The notes beneath the pieces are model-generated. The model made no database searches. It worked only from the letters and a program-made list of their open reading frames with translations, and was not told the origin of the DNA. 64,000 nucleotides of DNA from Perkinsela sp. CCAP 1560/9. Its lineage: Eukaryota > Protista > Euglenozoa: Kinetoplastea. The stretch lies in contig CBFFSA010000010.1 in NCBI GenBank assembly GCA_965644495.1, positions 558,001 through 622,000 of the forward strand, read 5' to 3'. The translations under genes and the position numbers were made by a program. Shown piece after piece: positions 21,451 through 32,627 of this stretch. The first letter of the stretch is position 1; the number at the start of each line of letters is the position of its first letter.

Positions 21451-22043
21451 ATCTTTGGCAGAAATGCCAGGAGGTATGCCTTGAAAGGCATTTTGTATTA
21501 TCAATAGTAAAATCACTTTTCATCGAATTTTCCTCACTTGTATGGTGCAAACTATTTTCTCCTGCTGAAAGGGTAGATCTCCCGCCCCCCGACCTCTTCT
21601 CCATCTCGTCTCCCCCTCTCGCCCCCTTCTTCGCATTCGCCTTCCGTCTTTTCTTCCCTCTCTCCTTCCTCCCCTCTTCTCTCGCATCAATAAACGTTTA
21701 AGTAACTTTAGTTACTTAGTCTTAGTCCCTCTTTCACCTTCTACCTTATTACATACCCTGGACGGTAATAGGTGGTAATTACCTCCTATTACCCCCTGTT
21801 ACCACATATTTTAGTCTACAGAGTGACTTCTAAAAAGTCTTACGTTATCCTATCTAATTGTGTTCTAAGTGATACAGGGGTTTTTTTCGCTACTAATGCA
21901 GAGCTTCTGCTTTCTTGTGGTGCAAAATACGATGTTATTGTGCCTCTGGGACCTACGTAAGGGCGTTCGTACCTTTTATCCAAATTCTTACCATTCCCCA
22001 TACTTTTTCCCACACTCGTATACTTTTAATCAAAGTCATAACT

Positions 22044-22157
22044 GAGGGAGTTGATATGCCCTGTCCATGGTATCATGTTCAGGGGAACAGTAACTCCCCA
22101 TTATCTCGGCGTAGTAAACACGCCTTGGCTTGCCTGGCATTACGCTTGCCGAAAAAA
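22044..22157 (+). repeat. Repeat family B
   Basis: GGGAGTT...AACTCCC stem, conserved 3' block, A tail. Confidence 0.75.
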
Positions 22158-22494
22158 TTATTTTGGGTTCATTTCGCAGCCCAGTCGCTTCCCACTTAAT
22201 GTGGCCGCTCCCACAACCGAGTGATCTCCCCGGCAGCACGGTTTTACTTATGCGTCGAGAAGGCTGGGGTGTGAGACCAGGGTGCATTTGTAGAAAGTTT
22301 TCGGAAGATGAAATACGGAGATTTTACTGTATAAGGGAGTAGAAAACTTTCACTGCAATAGAACAAAGGGTTGGCGTAAACTTTTGGTTAACGTCTTTTT
22401 TTTGGATTTACTTTCTTTGCCATTCCTCATGCTACCCACTCATAAATTTTACTAATTACTCTAGATTCGTATATTTGTTTCCTCCAGTCACGCT

Positions 22495-23180
22495 TTCTAT
22501 TTAGGATCTTCGTTAAACGCGGTGGTTGTTTTCAACTTAGAAGTCACTCGTGCTGTGCGCTTCGCGTTGAAAACTACCTCCGCTTGTAAGGAAGAGCCTA
22601 AAAAAGAAAAATCTCGGAAAGATCATGAATAATCTACTTTTTTGGGGGAAAAAGCTCGATTTTTCGGCAAAAATTGCGAAATTTTACACCGAATTTGGGC
22701 CGAATTTGGAAGCCTTACCAATAGGGGTTGGAGGCGAATCTGTCGAAACAAACGTCGTAGAATGCTAGCTGAGGTCCCAAACTCTCCAAATACGATTTAA
22801 GAGTCGAATTTGGAAAATTATTATTTTTACTTTTTTTTTTGGGTTCAAAAAAAAAAATCGGAAAATTTGACCTTGTCGGACCCCTCCTGCGCGTACCAGG
22901 GGGGGGTACCCCTAGGGGGGGGGGGGAATTATCGCCGCGGCATACTCTACCACTTCCCTGCGCTCGATTTTGAAAACAAAAAATTAGAAATAAAAGACCC
23001 CCTGGACCCCCATTTTTTTCAATTTTTTTTTTCAATTTTGTACCACCGGAGCGCCCTCTTATATTTTTTTCTTCTATTATACACTTCTATTATTACTGTG
23101 TTCCTCTTTATATTTTCACTGTTTTTGTTCACCTTTTTTCAATAATCGAGGGTAGAGCGGTAGTTATACAACCACCGCAA
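22495..23180 (+). mobile_element. DINE-1/HINE-like element, family E
   Basis: Same 5' palindrome and 3' core as 13801-14692; terminal hairpin GCGGTAGTT-ATAC-AACCACCGC. Confidence 0.65.
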
Positions 23181-23760
23181 TTCTTGTATAGGGTCTACAT
23201 CTACATAGCCAGCTCTTAGAGCTGAGCTCAGGAGTCCTTCTTTTATGTCATAATTATGCTCTTCTCGAGTCAACCCGTCCACTGGGTTTTCTTTAGATTT
23301 AATACAGAAAATTTGAAAAGAATGTCCATGTTTCCCTATCTGTTCATCCATTTTCGTGATCTCATTACATATCGATCTCCTAACTGATGTACGCCCCGAT
23401 TCGGATGGTATTTCAATCTGGTGAAACCAGTGTAACATATCAGCTGATAAAAAGTTTGCGTTGGAGAAATTCGCTATTACATGAATAATTTCAGCGATAG
23501 CTGGAAAATTCAAGCAAGGAGGGCGATTGCACATCTCATTTAGTGGTGTTTCATCCGCAATACTTCTTGACAATCCCTCCCCTTTTGGCACCTCAAAGTA
23601 ACGTAAATATACACGTGATGATGATCGAGAGTCGTGTGCCACACGTAGCACGCCGCATTCCACGAGTTCTAATAAATATTGTAACCAAACCCCGGAGGAT
23701 AGTTTCCCTATTTTCCCGTGAAAAGGGGGACAATTTATTTATTCAATAAAATTTTGGGTA
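23181..23760 (-). mobile_element. DIRS/VIPER/TATE-like RT-RNase H relic with internal deletion
   Basis: RSIADETPLN...SADMLHWFHQIEIP (RT) joined to IKSKENPVDGLTR (RNase H NxADxLSR-like). Confidence 0.65.
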
Positions 23761-24218
23761 CTTTTCAATGCCGTGCAACATTTGATACCCCATGGTAAAC
23801 CATGTTTTAGGTGTGTTGATGTAAAGAAACCAAGTTGTTCCTTCAGTATTTATGATGAATCTTCGCTAACAAAGAATTCGGATATAAACGCATCAAGCAA
23901 AGCAACCGTTTGCTTTTTGTTTTCTAGTTTTCTTTTTTTTCTCCGCCGAATAATCATTAACGCGTTCACTATTGTCGGTCTGAATTTCTGAATCAATATT
24001 CCTACTAGGCGAGATATCCTGAAAAGCCGTATTCCCAGCGTCAACCCGGGACGTCCGGGGTGTTGCCCCGATATTTCCGTATGGGAGAATCTATAACATA
24101 CCAACAATACTCCCCCCCTTCCCCCCCCCGAACACTCCATATTTTTCAACTTCAAATCTTCTTAGGGAGAGGACTCCCGCTACCATGCCTCAAGTTAGGA
24201 TTAAGGAACTAATGTAAG

Positions 24219-24334
24219 TTTTTTTTTGGCAATCGTAGTGCCAGGCAAGCCAAGGCGTGTTTACTACACCGAGATAATGGGGAGTTGTTGTTCCCCTGAA
24301 CATGATACCATGGACGGGGCATAGCAACTCCCTC
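24219..24334 (-). repeat. Repeat family B
   Basis: Reverse copy of 22044-22157 with A9 tail. Confidence 0.75.
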
Positions 24335-24890
24335 TTTATCACCCCTTCATAAGCACCATGTTACCGAGAACAAGCCCTGGGTGCCAGGCATGCCATAGCA
24401 CGTCACAACTTCCCACCCTCTCCCTTCTGTTTTTATTCTGTTTTCACTTTATTAGAAAAAACATGCTGGAGAGGAAGATGTATAACGCAAATGCAACGGC
24501 AAGTGTGCCCCGAAGGACACGGAGCCCATGGGCCTCCCAGCACGAATGATGGGGCGGTGGTACCCCGAAGGGTACGGAGCCCATGGGCCTCGTTACAGAG
24601 AATGGAGTATTGCCAGGCTGGGACCAAACGAATTGATGCGTGACATTTGCAGGCGTGTAAAATTGTTTAGTTAAATGGAGCTAAATGTAGTAGTTCTACT
24701 GGATACTAGAAACGAGTAGTTTAATTATATTCTTATGTTTATAATCGTGCTATAGATGTATTGAAATCTTCACCCTCGCACTCCGCCGAATATGGCGATG
24801 CCGGGATTGGGACCGGTAACAAGCGCGTTTACGAAGGAGTGATAATGTTAGTTACTTTAAACTGTTCATTAATCAAGTTACTATCCTAAT

Positions 24891-25500
24891 ATGACCACAG
24901 AAGAGTCAGATATTACTCCAAGGTCTCGGAAGCGAGCAGCGCGTCGTATTAGCAACGAACTACGCGATGCTGTTAATCAGCGGGTGGCTGATGGACCAAG
25001 CCAATTTAGGTTGACCACAATGAGACAGGTCACGGATATTTCAAGCAATGCGAAGAAAGTTCAGTCTGGGAACGTTGAGGACCCAATTAAATTTGGAGAT
25101 CTGTCCTATTATTTTTATTACATCTTGTGTGATTTCAAGAATGCTCACAGTACTTCTTCGAAATTGTGCTTTAAGGAAATGGATCATCGTCAGGGATCTG
25201 CATCCTTCTTAAAAGATGCCGCTAACCAGAGACGCAACGTTGTGTGTCGAGCTTCCGCAGCTGATTTTCACAGTCGCTGTAAGCAAACTTATTACACTCA
25301 TAAGAATACCACTTGCAAGTCTCTGAAAGAAAAGGAGCTATACGGATAGCAATACAACGCTATTGGAATCACTGAAGAAGCACAAACAACGACTTGAAAA
25401 CAAAGCCTACATGCATTATTGGAAATCTTTCAGTTTCACTTTCATACCGGGCGAGCCGACAGAGCATTTTGCCGTCGTACGGCGACCATTATCAACGGCC
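24891..25500 (+). pseudogene. Degenerate paralog of the hAT-like transposase
   Basis: FGDLSYYFYYI ~ YTDLDYVAAFI and KKHKQRLENKAYMHYWK ~ RHHMRRLNKNHNMDFWK of 30340-31998. Confidence 0.5.
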
Positions 25501-25883
25501 ATTACAGCGCATTCAACGCCGGTCGTAAGCAGGGATTCGGCCTATGGCCACGCCGCGTGGTCCTCAAGGGAGGTGCTGCAGCGCATGGGGGGTGAAGGGG
25601 GCACTGGACTTCCACTGCCGGGGGCGTCGTTGAGAGGCTGCAAGAAGCCTTTCGGCTGCACAGCGTCGTTGAGAGGCTCTCCCCGGCGTCCATCCAGCGG
25701 GGGCATTCGGCGCGTCTGACGGCGCTGCACATGGGTGAGAAGCGGCGGCCCCTCTTCAACGGAAGGATGAGTTTCGTGTCCTAGCGCCAGCCGGAAACGG
25801 ACATAAAAGGTTAAGAGTATGCCGGTTTCCGGGAAAAGAAAGGATGCAATAGGGACCACGTTCTGCCAACATGGTACCAACAA
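25500..25883 (-). repeat. Repeat family C copy 1 (retains only TTGTTG|GTAC of the SL-like head)
   Basis: Near-identical direct repeat of 31999-32390. Confidence 0.9.
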
Positions 25884-26226
25884 TCTCTCCAAACCTCGAG
25901 GTAATGAAGAAAAATTCACAGTGCCACTCAGCGCATTGTTGCAAACATTCAGGCGTTTTACGGATCGTGGTAAATGTTCCCAATGCAATATCTCACGCAG
26001 TTTTCGACCATACCAAGCAATGAACATACATGTAACTCAAGTCATTACATTTCACTCCATCCCACTGACATGCAGGTGTAGCAGTACTCCATTACTCGTG
26101 TGGATTTTCAACATCTCTTGTAAACTTTGCGAGCTCATATTCTTGTGACAAATGTATGCCCCTTACCTTTTCAATCCGTGAAACTGAAGACATAGGAACA
26201 TACGTGGCTTCACTTTTAAGGAACAT
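25878..26226 (-). pseudogene. Class I LRR pseudogene truncated by repeat C
   Basis: MFLKSEAT...SRIEKVRG...NPHE*WSTATPAC; internal TAA, a frameshift, and a 3' half replaced by repeat C. Confidence 0.85.
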
Positions 26227-26453
26227 ATTCCAAATTTAGGAATTCAGTGGATTGATAACAAAAAATATACACATCCGCCCAATTTCAGAAACTTGAATGA
26301 GTTTATACAACATTTGGGATTGAAAAACGACAATACAATTTGTGATAATTTATGTAAAAAATACATGGAAACGTTTCGCGGCAGGCAGTGGTTGATGTTG
26401 AGACTCTGATCAGTAGACCGGTCTCAGGGATTAGTAATTCTCATGCAAACATA

Positions 26454-27395
26454 CAGGGGTGCGGGTCTAAAGGTGGGGGGGGTCTAAAATTCGTAAAAGT
26501 TGTCGAATTTTGGAAAATAATAGCGCATTGGATAGCTCTCACAGAGTTGTGTGTTTTAGGTGCATTAAAATCCTGCGATTTTAACGTACATATTTTTTGA
26601 TACCATATTTCGCTTTTTTCCCTTGCAGAAATTACATTTTTTACTAGAAAATGCCCCAAAAGCGCGCTCGCTCGAGGACTTCCCGTGGAGTACTGAGCGA
26701 TAGATCGTATTCTTCCCCCGCCCCCGTCAAAGAGAGCCACCGCATGCTTTTGGTGGCGGAATACGAGCGCACAGGATCGTACTCCGCTACGGCACAGCAC
26801 TTTGGTGTTCATGAGAACACTGTAAAACGTTGGGTTGAACGTTTTACCCTTACGGGTGACGTGTTAACGGCATCCCGAGAGCGTGTTTCGACGGTGGTTA
26901 CCCCTGCGTTCCTGGATGTGGCTCTTAAGCTTGTCGACGAGGGGTATAACCTTGTTTACGGCGTAGAGAGCTGGAGCGATCTTCTGGTCTGTGATGGACA
27001 CAGACAAAAATCTTCTTCGACCCCGAAATCGACAGCAACTGGAAGCCGCTATTGAGGGGTCTTTCCTTAAATTGAAACAGACCCACTCTGCAACGGTTCA
27101 GAAAACGTTGAAGAGTTTCAGGAAGCGTTGTGAAATTGTTACTAGTCGGAACGGGGGGCACTGTGGTTACTAATTGTCTTTTGCAATCCAAATTACAGAA
27201 ATTATTGACACCACTAAAGTATTGCAATATGTGTTTTTGACCCTTACATGAAAGGGGGGTACCCCCCAAACCCCGGAAGCTACCTGTCCTAAAACATACA
27301 ACTCTGTGAGAGCTATCCAATGCGCTATTATTTTCCAAAATTGGACAACTTTTACGAATTTTAGACCCGCCCCACCTTTAGATTCGCACCCCTGT
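26454..27395 (+). mobile_element. Tc1-like element with DDE domain deleted
   Basis: TA|CAGGGGTGCG... ~110-bp TIRs ...CGCACCCCTG|TA; HTH (ATAQHFGVHENTVKRWVERF) and C terminus (RNGGHCGY*) retained. Confidence 0.9.
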
Positions 27396-27592
27396 ATGCT
27401 TTAGGCTAAAGAAAGCTCCTAAAGAACTCGATTTAATAAAAAATCCGTTCTCATGAGTTACTGACATTGCGTCTTGTTCCCGCCTCATGACGGGTTTACT
27501 TTTCCTTTCCAGAAATAGTGCACAGAAAACGTAAGAGCAACAGAGAACTATTCAGGCACTTAGTCCGTAAAAAATGACTCGGGTATATCCCA

Positions 27593-28156
27593 CTATACGC
27601 CTTTAGGAACAGCTCGTCTAGAAATCGATCCCTTGAGTTCGGGATTATTCCTCATGTCAAAGCCTGAACCGCCTTTTGCAAGCAACGAACGCTGAAGACA
27701 CGAAAAGTCCACAAAGCCACTGAAGTGACAGCTTGATATATTTAGAATTTTTAACCCTGGTGGAAGATGTTCGAAATGTAGTTCCCCACTAAAGGCATTC
27801 AAACTTATCCACAAGTGAGTCAAGCCTTCTGGTAATGAGGAAAAATCGATAGGACCGCGAAGCTGGTTATTACAGACACTCAAGGCCGTGAGAAACCGCG
27901 GCAAATGTTCCCAACGCAATATCCCACGCAGTTTTCGGCCATCCCAAGAAATGCGTATCACATCACCCTTATCGTTGCATTTCACTCCATCCCACTCACA
28001 TGCAGGTGTGGCAGTACTCCATGACTCATGTGGATTTTCAACATCATTGATAAACTTTTCGAGTTCATATTCCACAGGAAGAAAAGTTCCCCTTACCTTT
28101 CCTATGCGTGAACATGAAGGCACGGGAACATCCGTCTCTTCAGCTTTAAGGAACAT
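27593..28156 (-). CDS. Class I LRR protein
   Basis: SRIGKVRGTFLPVEYEL...TPACEWDGVKC plus LRRs. Confidence 0.88.
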   Translation of the reverse strand: MFLKAEETDVPVPSCSRIGKVRGTFLPVEYELEKFINDVENPHESWSTATPACEWDGVKCNDKGDVIRISWDGRKLRGILRWEHLPRFLTALSVCNNQLRGPIDFSSLPEGLTHLWISLNAFSGELHFEHLPPGLKILNISSCHFSGFVDFSCLQRSLLAKGGSGFDMRNNPELKGSISRRAVPKGV

Positions 28157-28390
28157 AGTGAAATTTTATGGAAAAAATTCAGTGTGTTGATAAAAAAACT
28201 GTGACCCGCCCTTTAATGTAGGCAAAATTTCGTCCTTCGTCTCTATTAAAGGGGGGATGAAATGAGAATCCGAAACGCGAAAATAAAGGGGGGGTCAGAG
28301 GACTACCATAGACGTACAGTGTGGAATGGTAAGTAGTATTACGTACACTTATTGGTGTGAAGTAAACAATGGCTCAGATATACATACATT

Positions 28391-28458
28391 CGCGAGTACG
28401 GTACTCAGGTACTCAAATGAGTACCTAGGGCCTTGAGTACCCGAGTACCGTACTCGCG
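28391..28458. repeat. Short palindrome / mini-MITE of GAGTAC units
   Basis: CGCGAGTACGGTACTC ... GAGTACCGTACTCGCG. Confidence 0.7.
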
Positions 28459-28944
28459 TACTGTACGCATGGTACTCGGTGTTACCCGGAGCACAAAATA
28501 CGGGAGCTAGAAAAATATCTTGCCATACCAGAAGAATTTGGATAGTACTGTCACCCCCTTTTATATTTCAGAGGATGATCCCTCCCTTTATACCTACATT
28601 TTCATTCCAGACAATGAATCAGGACTCCCCTTATACTTCCATCCAAGAAACTTACACTTCCCTCAACCGTCATTTTTTAGTCATCAACCAAGCAGGAGAA
28701 CTCAGGTACTTTAAAGGCACTCAAGAGCATTGGAAGCCATTTGGGACCCGGTTGGATGCAAGAGGATATTTTCTCTAAAATTATGTCGATCTACATAGCA
28801 CTCATCTGAAATTTAATTTAAAGTTCGTAGAAATCTAAAGCGGAAGTTAGGAAAGTGGTATAGTGATAAAGAGGGTACGACGATGTATAGTATTGTGCAG
28901 AAAGAAAAAATTTTGCACAAGGTGTGCCAATTTGTTGAATATTT

Positions 28945-29908
28945 CAGGGTTCGCAGAAACTATAATATAGTAAAATATAGTTTTTTTTCATTCAATATAG
29001 TTACTATATAGTACTATATTTACTATATTTTACTATAAAACTATAAGAAAACTATAAAGTTTTTTTCACTTTACAAGTGATATTTTTTGAGTCCTCTCCG
29101 CTTGTGAAGGACATACACACGCCTCTACATGCGTTCTTACACGCTTACATACGTATGATATGACAAGAAATTCTGAAAAAAATGTAACCCAAGCTAAAGT
29201 AGACGAGGGAGGTTCTAAAAGCACCTTTAAACCACTATAAAAATGGAAGGGTATGTCCCTTAAAGATTCTTTTGGCACGTCGGAATCCTTTACACACCGG
29301 GAGATATCATCCTATTTTTGTGGTGGTTTAAAGGTGCTTTTAGAACCTCCCTCGCAATGAAACGCACGCGAAACGAGTGAAAGGAAGTGCAAACTCTCCA
29401 CTCGACAACACACCGCGTAATTTATTCAGACTCATATGATTGTATTTATTCAAACTCATAGAATTGTGAGCAGCAGTTATTCAGTCCCAAGACATAACGT
29501 CGGTGGCTCCAGCCAACGCGCGGCGACAGCGATGCAGTGAGAAGATGTTCGGGACGCAAGATTCGCACAAGGCAATCTGTCAAGGCCACGCGATGGGACT
29601 GGGGTACGTCCCTTCCTGACACAAGTTACATTCAACCGCTTGTTTACTTCCCTCCGTGTGCAGCAGTTCAATAAAATAATCTTTGCAGAAACTACCCCTC
29701 GTAACTTTAATTTCGGGCATCAATTTTCGGGTTTAAAAATAAGAAAAATCGTACACAAATGAATTCGCCGTGTATTTATGGCGTGTTGGTGAGCTTCGGA
29801 GTGCCTAAAATGTGAAACAAAAAAATATAGTTTTTTATAGTTTTCGAAAAAGGTTTATAGTAACTATATAGTACTATATTGATAGTTTTATAGTTTCTGC
29901 GAACCCTG
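28945..29908. mobile_element. hAT-type non-autonomous element
   Basis: TIR CAGGGTTCGCAGAAACTATA; perfect 8-bp TSD GAATATTT (28937-28944 / 29909-29916). Confidence 0.92.
29204..29354. mobile_element. Mariner-like MITE nested in the hAT element
   Basis: Perfect 32-bp IR CGAGGGAGGTTCTAAAAGCACCTTTAAACCAC. Confidence 0.8.
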
Positions 29909-30339
29909 GAATATTTTGAATGGTTGGAGGTAGGAATCGTAACGATAAAATATTCGTACATTCGTATAATAAAATAAACTATCGAATAATATAGTATAAT
30001 ATAATAAAATAAACTATCCATAATGACGTAAGAAGCATACCGTATTGTCTCATATATTTCTCGTAAACTAATGCTCAGAGCAGAAACCATATGTAAACAA
30101 AATTAGATAAATTACGCTAACGAAGGGGAAAAACAAGGCCTACGATATGTAACGATGGAAAAAAAACCCAATGTAAAAGCTGAACTGGAAATATGCTTTT
30201 GAAAAACATTGTTTTTGAAAAAAAAGATTATAGCCGGTGAAAAACATAACCCCGATGATTGGTAAATTTTATTCGATATACGTGTAGATGTAGAATAGAT
30301 GTAGAGCTTGCAATTCATATGTTACACACAGCGTTATGC

Positions 30340-31998
30340 TCAACCTTCATTGTCTGTAATGTCAACTGACTCATCCGTATCACTTTCTTCATCACCTCCC
30401 GGTATCAAATATTCAAGCTTCTCCTGGTTGCCGCGAATGAATATCCGGTTGGCCACCACTTGGGGCGACGTGCGAGTTTGCCTAGAATTATACATGTACG
30501 ATAGAATCGAAAGCCAACTGTCACACTTGGTAACCAGAGGTGGCGTCCAAATGTAGTGCATAGCAGCTCGAAATATAGCAGGAAACATCTCGCTGCCTAT
30601 TTCTAGCCACCAAACATCTTCGTCTTCGTGAATCTCTGGATTCCAGCGAAAGGCAACGCAAGATCCCCATTCCTCCCACTCTTGTTCTGAGATATTGAAT
30701 AATGGTCGAAGAGCCTTAGGTGTACCAGCATTTTCATCAAACAAGTTGTTTGCACGAGCGAGAGAAATCGGTTGCAGTCCACACGGCCGCGCATACTGTA
30801 GAATGAACGCAGGACGAAACCACACAACGTCCTTCCAGAAATCCATGTTGTGGTTTTTGTTGAGACGGCGCATATGGTGCCGCATTGCAATGTCAAGTCC
30901 ATCGGGACCTTCACCAGAACAAGCGTGCTCATATAACTCCAACGTTTGCGCAACTTGCGTCGCCATGGGCTTATGCATCATATCAGAAAATTTTCGGAGT
31001 GCAAGATGAAGTACATTACTTTTGTCGAGAAATTCTCGGCTTTGGCACTTCAGGGCTTCCGCACCATGCTCCAGGAGGAGTTGGTGACATCGACGAATAG
31101 ATGCGCTAACGTGACGTCGCTTGGCAATTTCACTGAAAATGAATGCAGCCACGTAATCCAGATCAGTGTATAAAAAAGACATACACGTAAATTTGTCTTC
31201 ACACCACCGCGTGACACCTCCAAGCTTTGGGGTTGACACAGCTCTTCGTGCCCCTGCGTCACGGAGAGCGGAAACAATGATCGGGATCTCCAATAAGATG
31301 TTATGTTTATCTGTCCAGCTTAAGTTCGAAGCTTTTAAACGGCAAAGAAGTGAGCAGGAGTCGAGCGGGATTACTTTTTCCAGCGCAGTCAAGCTTTCAC
31401 AAATTTTAATCTCTAAAGCTTCCTTGTAACGAGTTGGAGAATTTTCGCCGAGTCCACGGTAGCACTGTTTGAGAGTCGACTCAGCAATAACGACTTTCTC
31501 ATCAAATTTCCCCAAAAGAGTATCCAGTACTTGACCTTTGTATTTGCCCTTCATAGCACTTGCTTTACCCCCAGAGAAAAATGCTCGTGCAAAGTGTTTC
31601 TTGAATTCGAATACCGGAGTATCCTCGTACGACTCGAGAGACGTTTTACACACGTTGTTTAACATGTGTCCGATGCATGATAGAAGCGATATTCCTGGAA
31701 ATCCCAATAGCAAGTGCTCTTGAAAATTCTGGAGATCTCTTTCCGGTACCGGATGAATACGATCATAAAATTTTCTTAAATGACCTTCGGCGTGCTGTCG
31801 CGCAACTTGGTTCACTGCGCTCCCGTCGACCATAAGGTACGTGAGCTTTACGGCCCTGTGGTCGCCGAGATTGATTTGAAGGCAACTCCTTAGAGTGTCG
31901 GCCATTGTTTTGCCATCAAAGGCCTGATGTTTGGGTGAATATATGGGAGGCGAAACATACTCATGAGGTCCCACGTATAATACGCTTAAAATCGGCAT
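30340..31998 (-). mobile_element. hAT-superfamily transposase, N-terminally truncated at repeat C
   Basis: MVDGSAVN (second D), SCIGHMLN (CxxH), VTRW, WW....FPAI..AA.HY..TPP...CDSWLS dimerisation motif; first catalytic D and zinc finger absent. Confidence 0.75.
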
Positions 31999-32390
31999 CT
32001 ACAGCGCATTCAACGCCGGTCGTACGCAGGGATTCGGCCTATGGCCACGCCGCGTGGTCCTCAAGGGAGGTTCTGCAGCGCATGGGGGGTGAAGGGGGCA
32101 CTGGACTTCCACTGCGGGGGGCGTCGTTGAGAGGCTGCAAGAAGCCTTTCGGCTACGCTGCGTCGTTGAGAGGCTCTCCCCGGCGTCCATCCAGCGGGGG
32201 CATTCGGCGCGTCTGACGGCGCTGCACGTGGGTGAGAAGCGGCGGCCCCTCTTCAACGGAAAGATGAGTTTCCGGTCCTAGCGCCAGCCGGAAACGGACA
32301 TACATAAAAGGTTAAGAGTATGCCGGTTTCCGGGAAAAGAAAGGATGAACTAGGGAAAATGTACCAACAAGGTACAGAAACTGCATCTTA
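31999..32390 (-). repeat. Repeat family C copy 2 with SL-like head
   Basis: Minus TAAGATGCAGTTTCTGTACCTTGTTG|GTAC...; ends GCGCTGTAG immediately before the ATG at 31998. Confidence 0.9.
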
Positions 32391-32394
32391 CTGA

Positions 32395-32627
32395 AAGAAG
32401 AAACTGTAATGAGTTTTTCTCCGAAACATATATTGTCAAGTTGACATATCCGCGTGGAAGAACGGCCAATTATCACTGTCGAAGTTGTTAACGATCTTGT
32501 TCAAAGCAGTCAACCTCTTTTTCACATTACAGAGGAAGAGTGGAGTTTTTCACTGGAAACTTTGTTGCATACCTCGGTGTGCAAGTGGTGGGAAGACGTT
32601 GGCACCGTCCAGTTTCCTTCAAAGTAA
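32395..32627 (+). pseudogene. hAT-like transposase C-terminal relic
   Basis: QPLFHITEEEW...KWWEDVGTVQFP aligns with RPLFNISEQEW...WWLEIGSEMFP. Confidence 0.6.

Noticed and set aside
31998-32353. Helitron (TC...hairpin...CTAG)
   Set aside because: Copy 1 lacks both termini, and the homology extends past CTAG into the SL-like head.
25500-32390. LTR retrotransposon with family C as its LTRs
   Set aside because: No TG...CA ends, PBS/PPT, TSD or gag-pol between the repeats.
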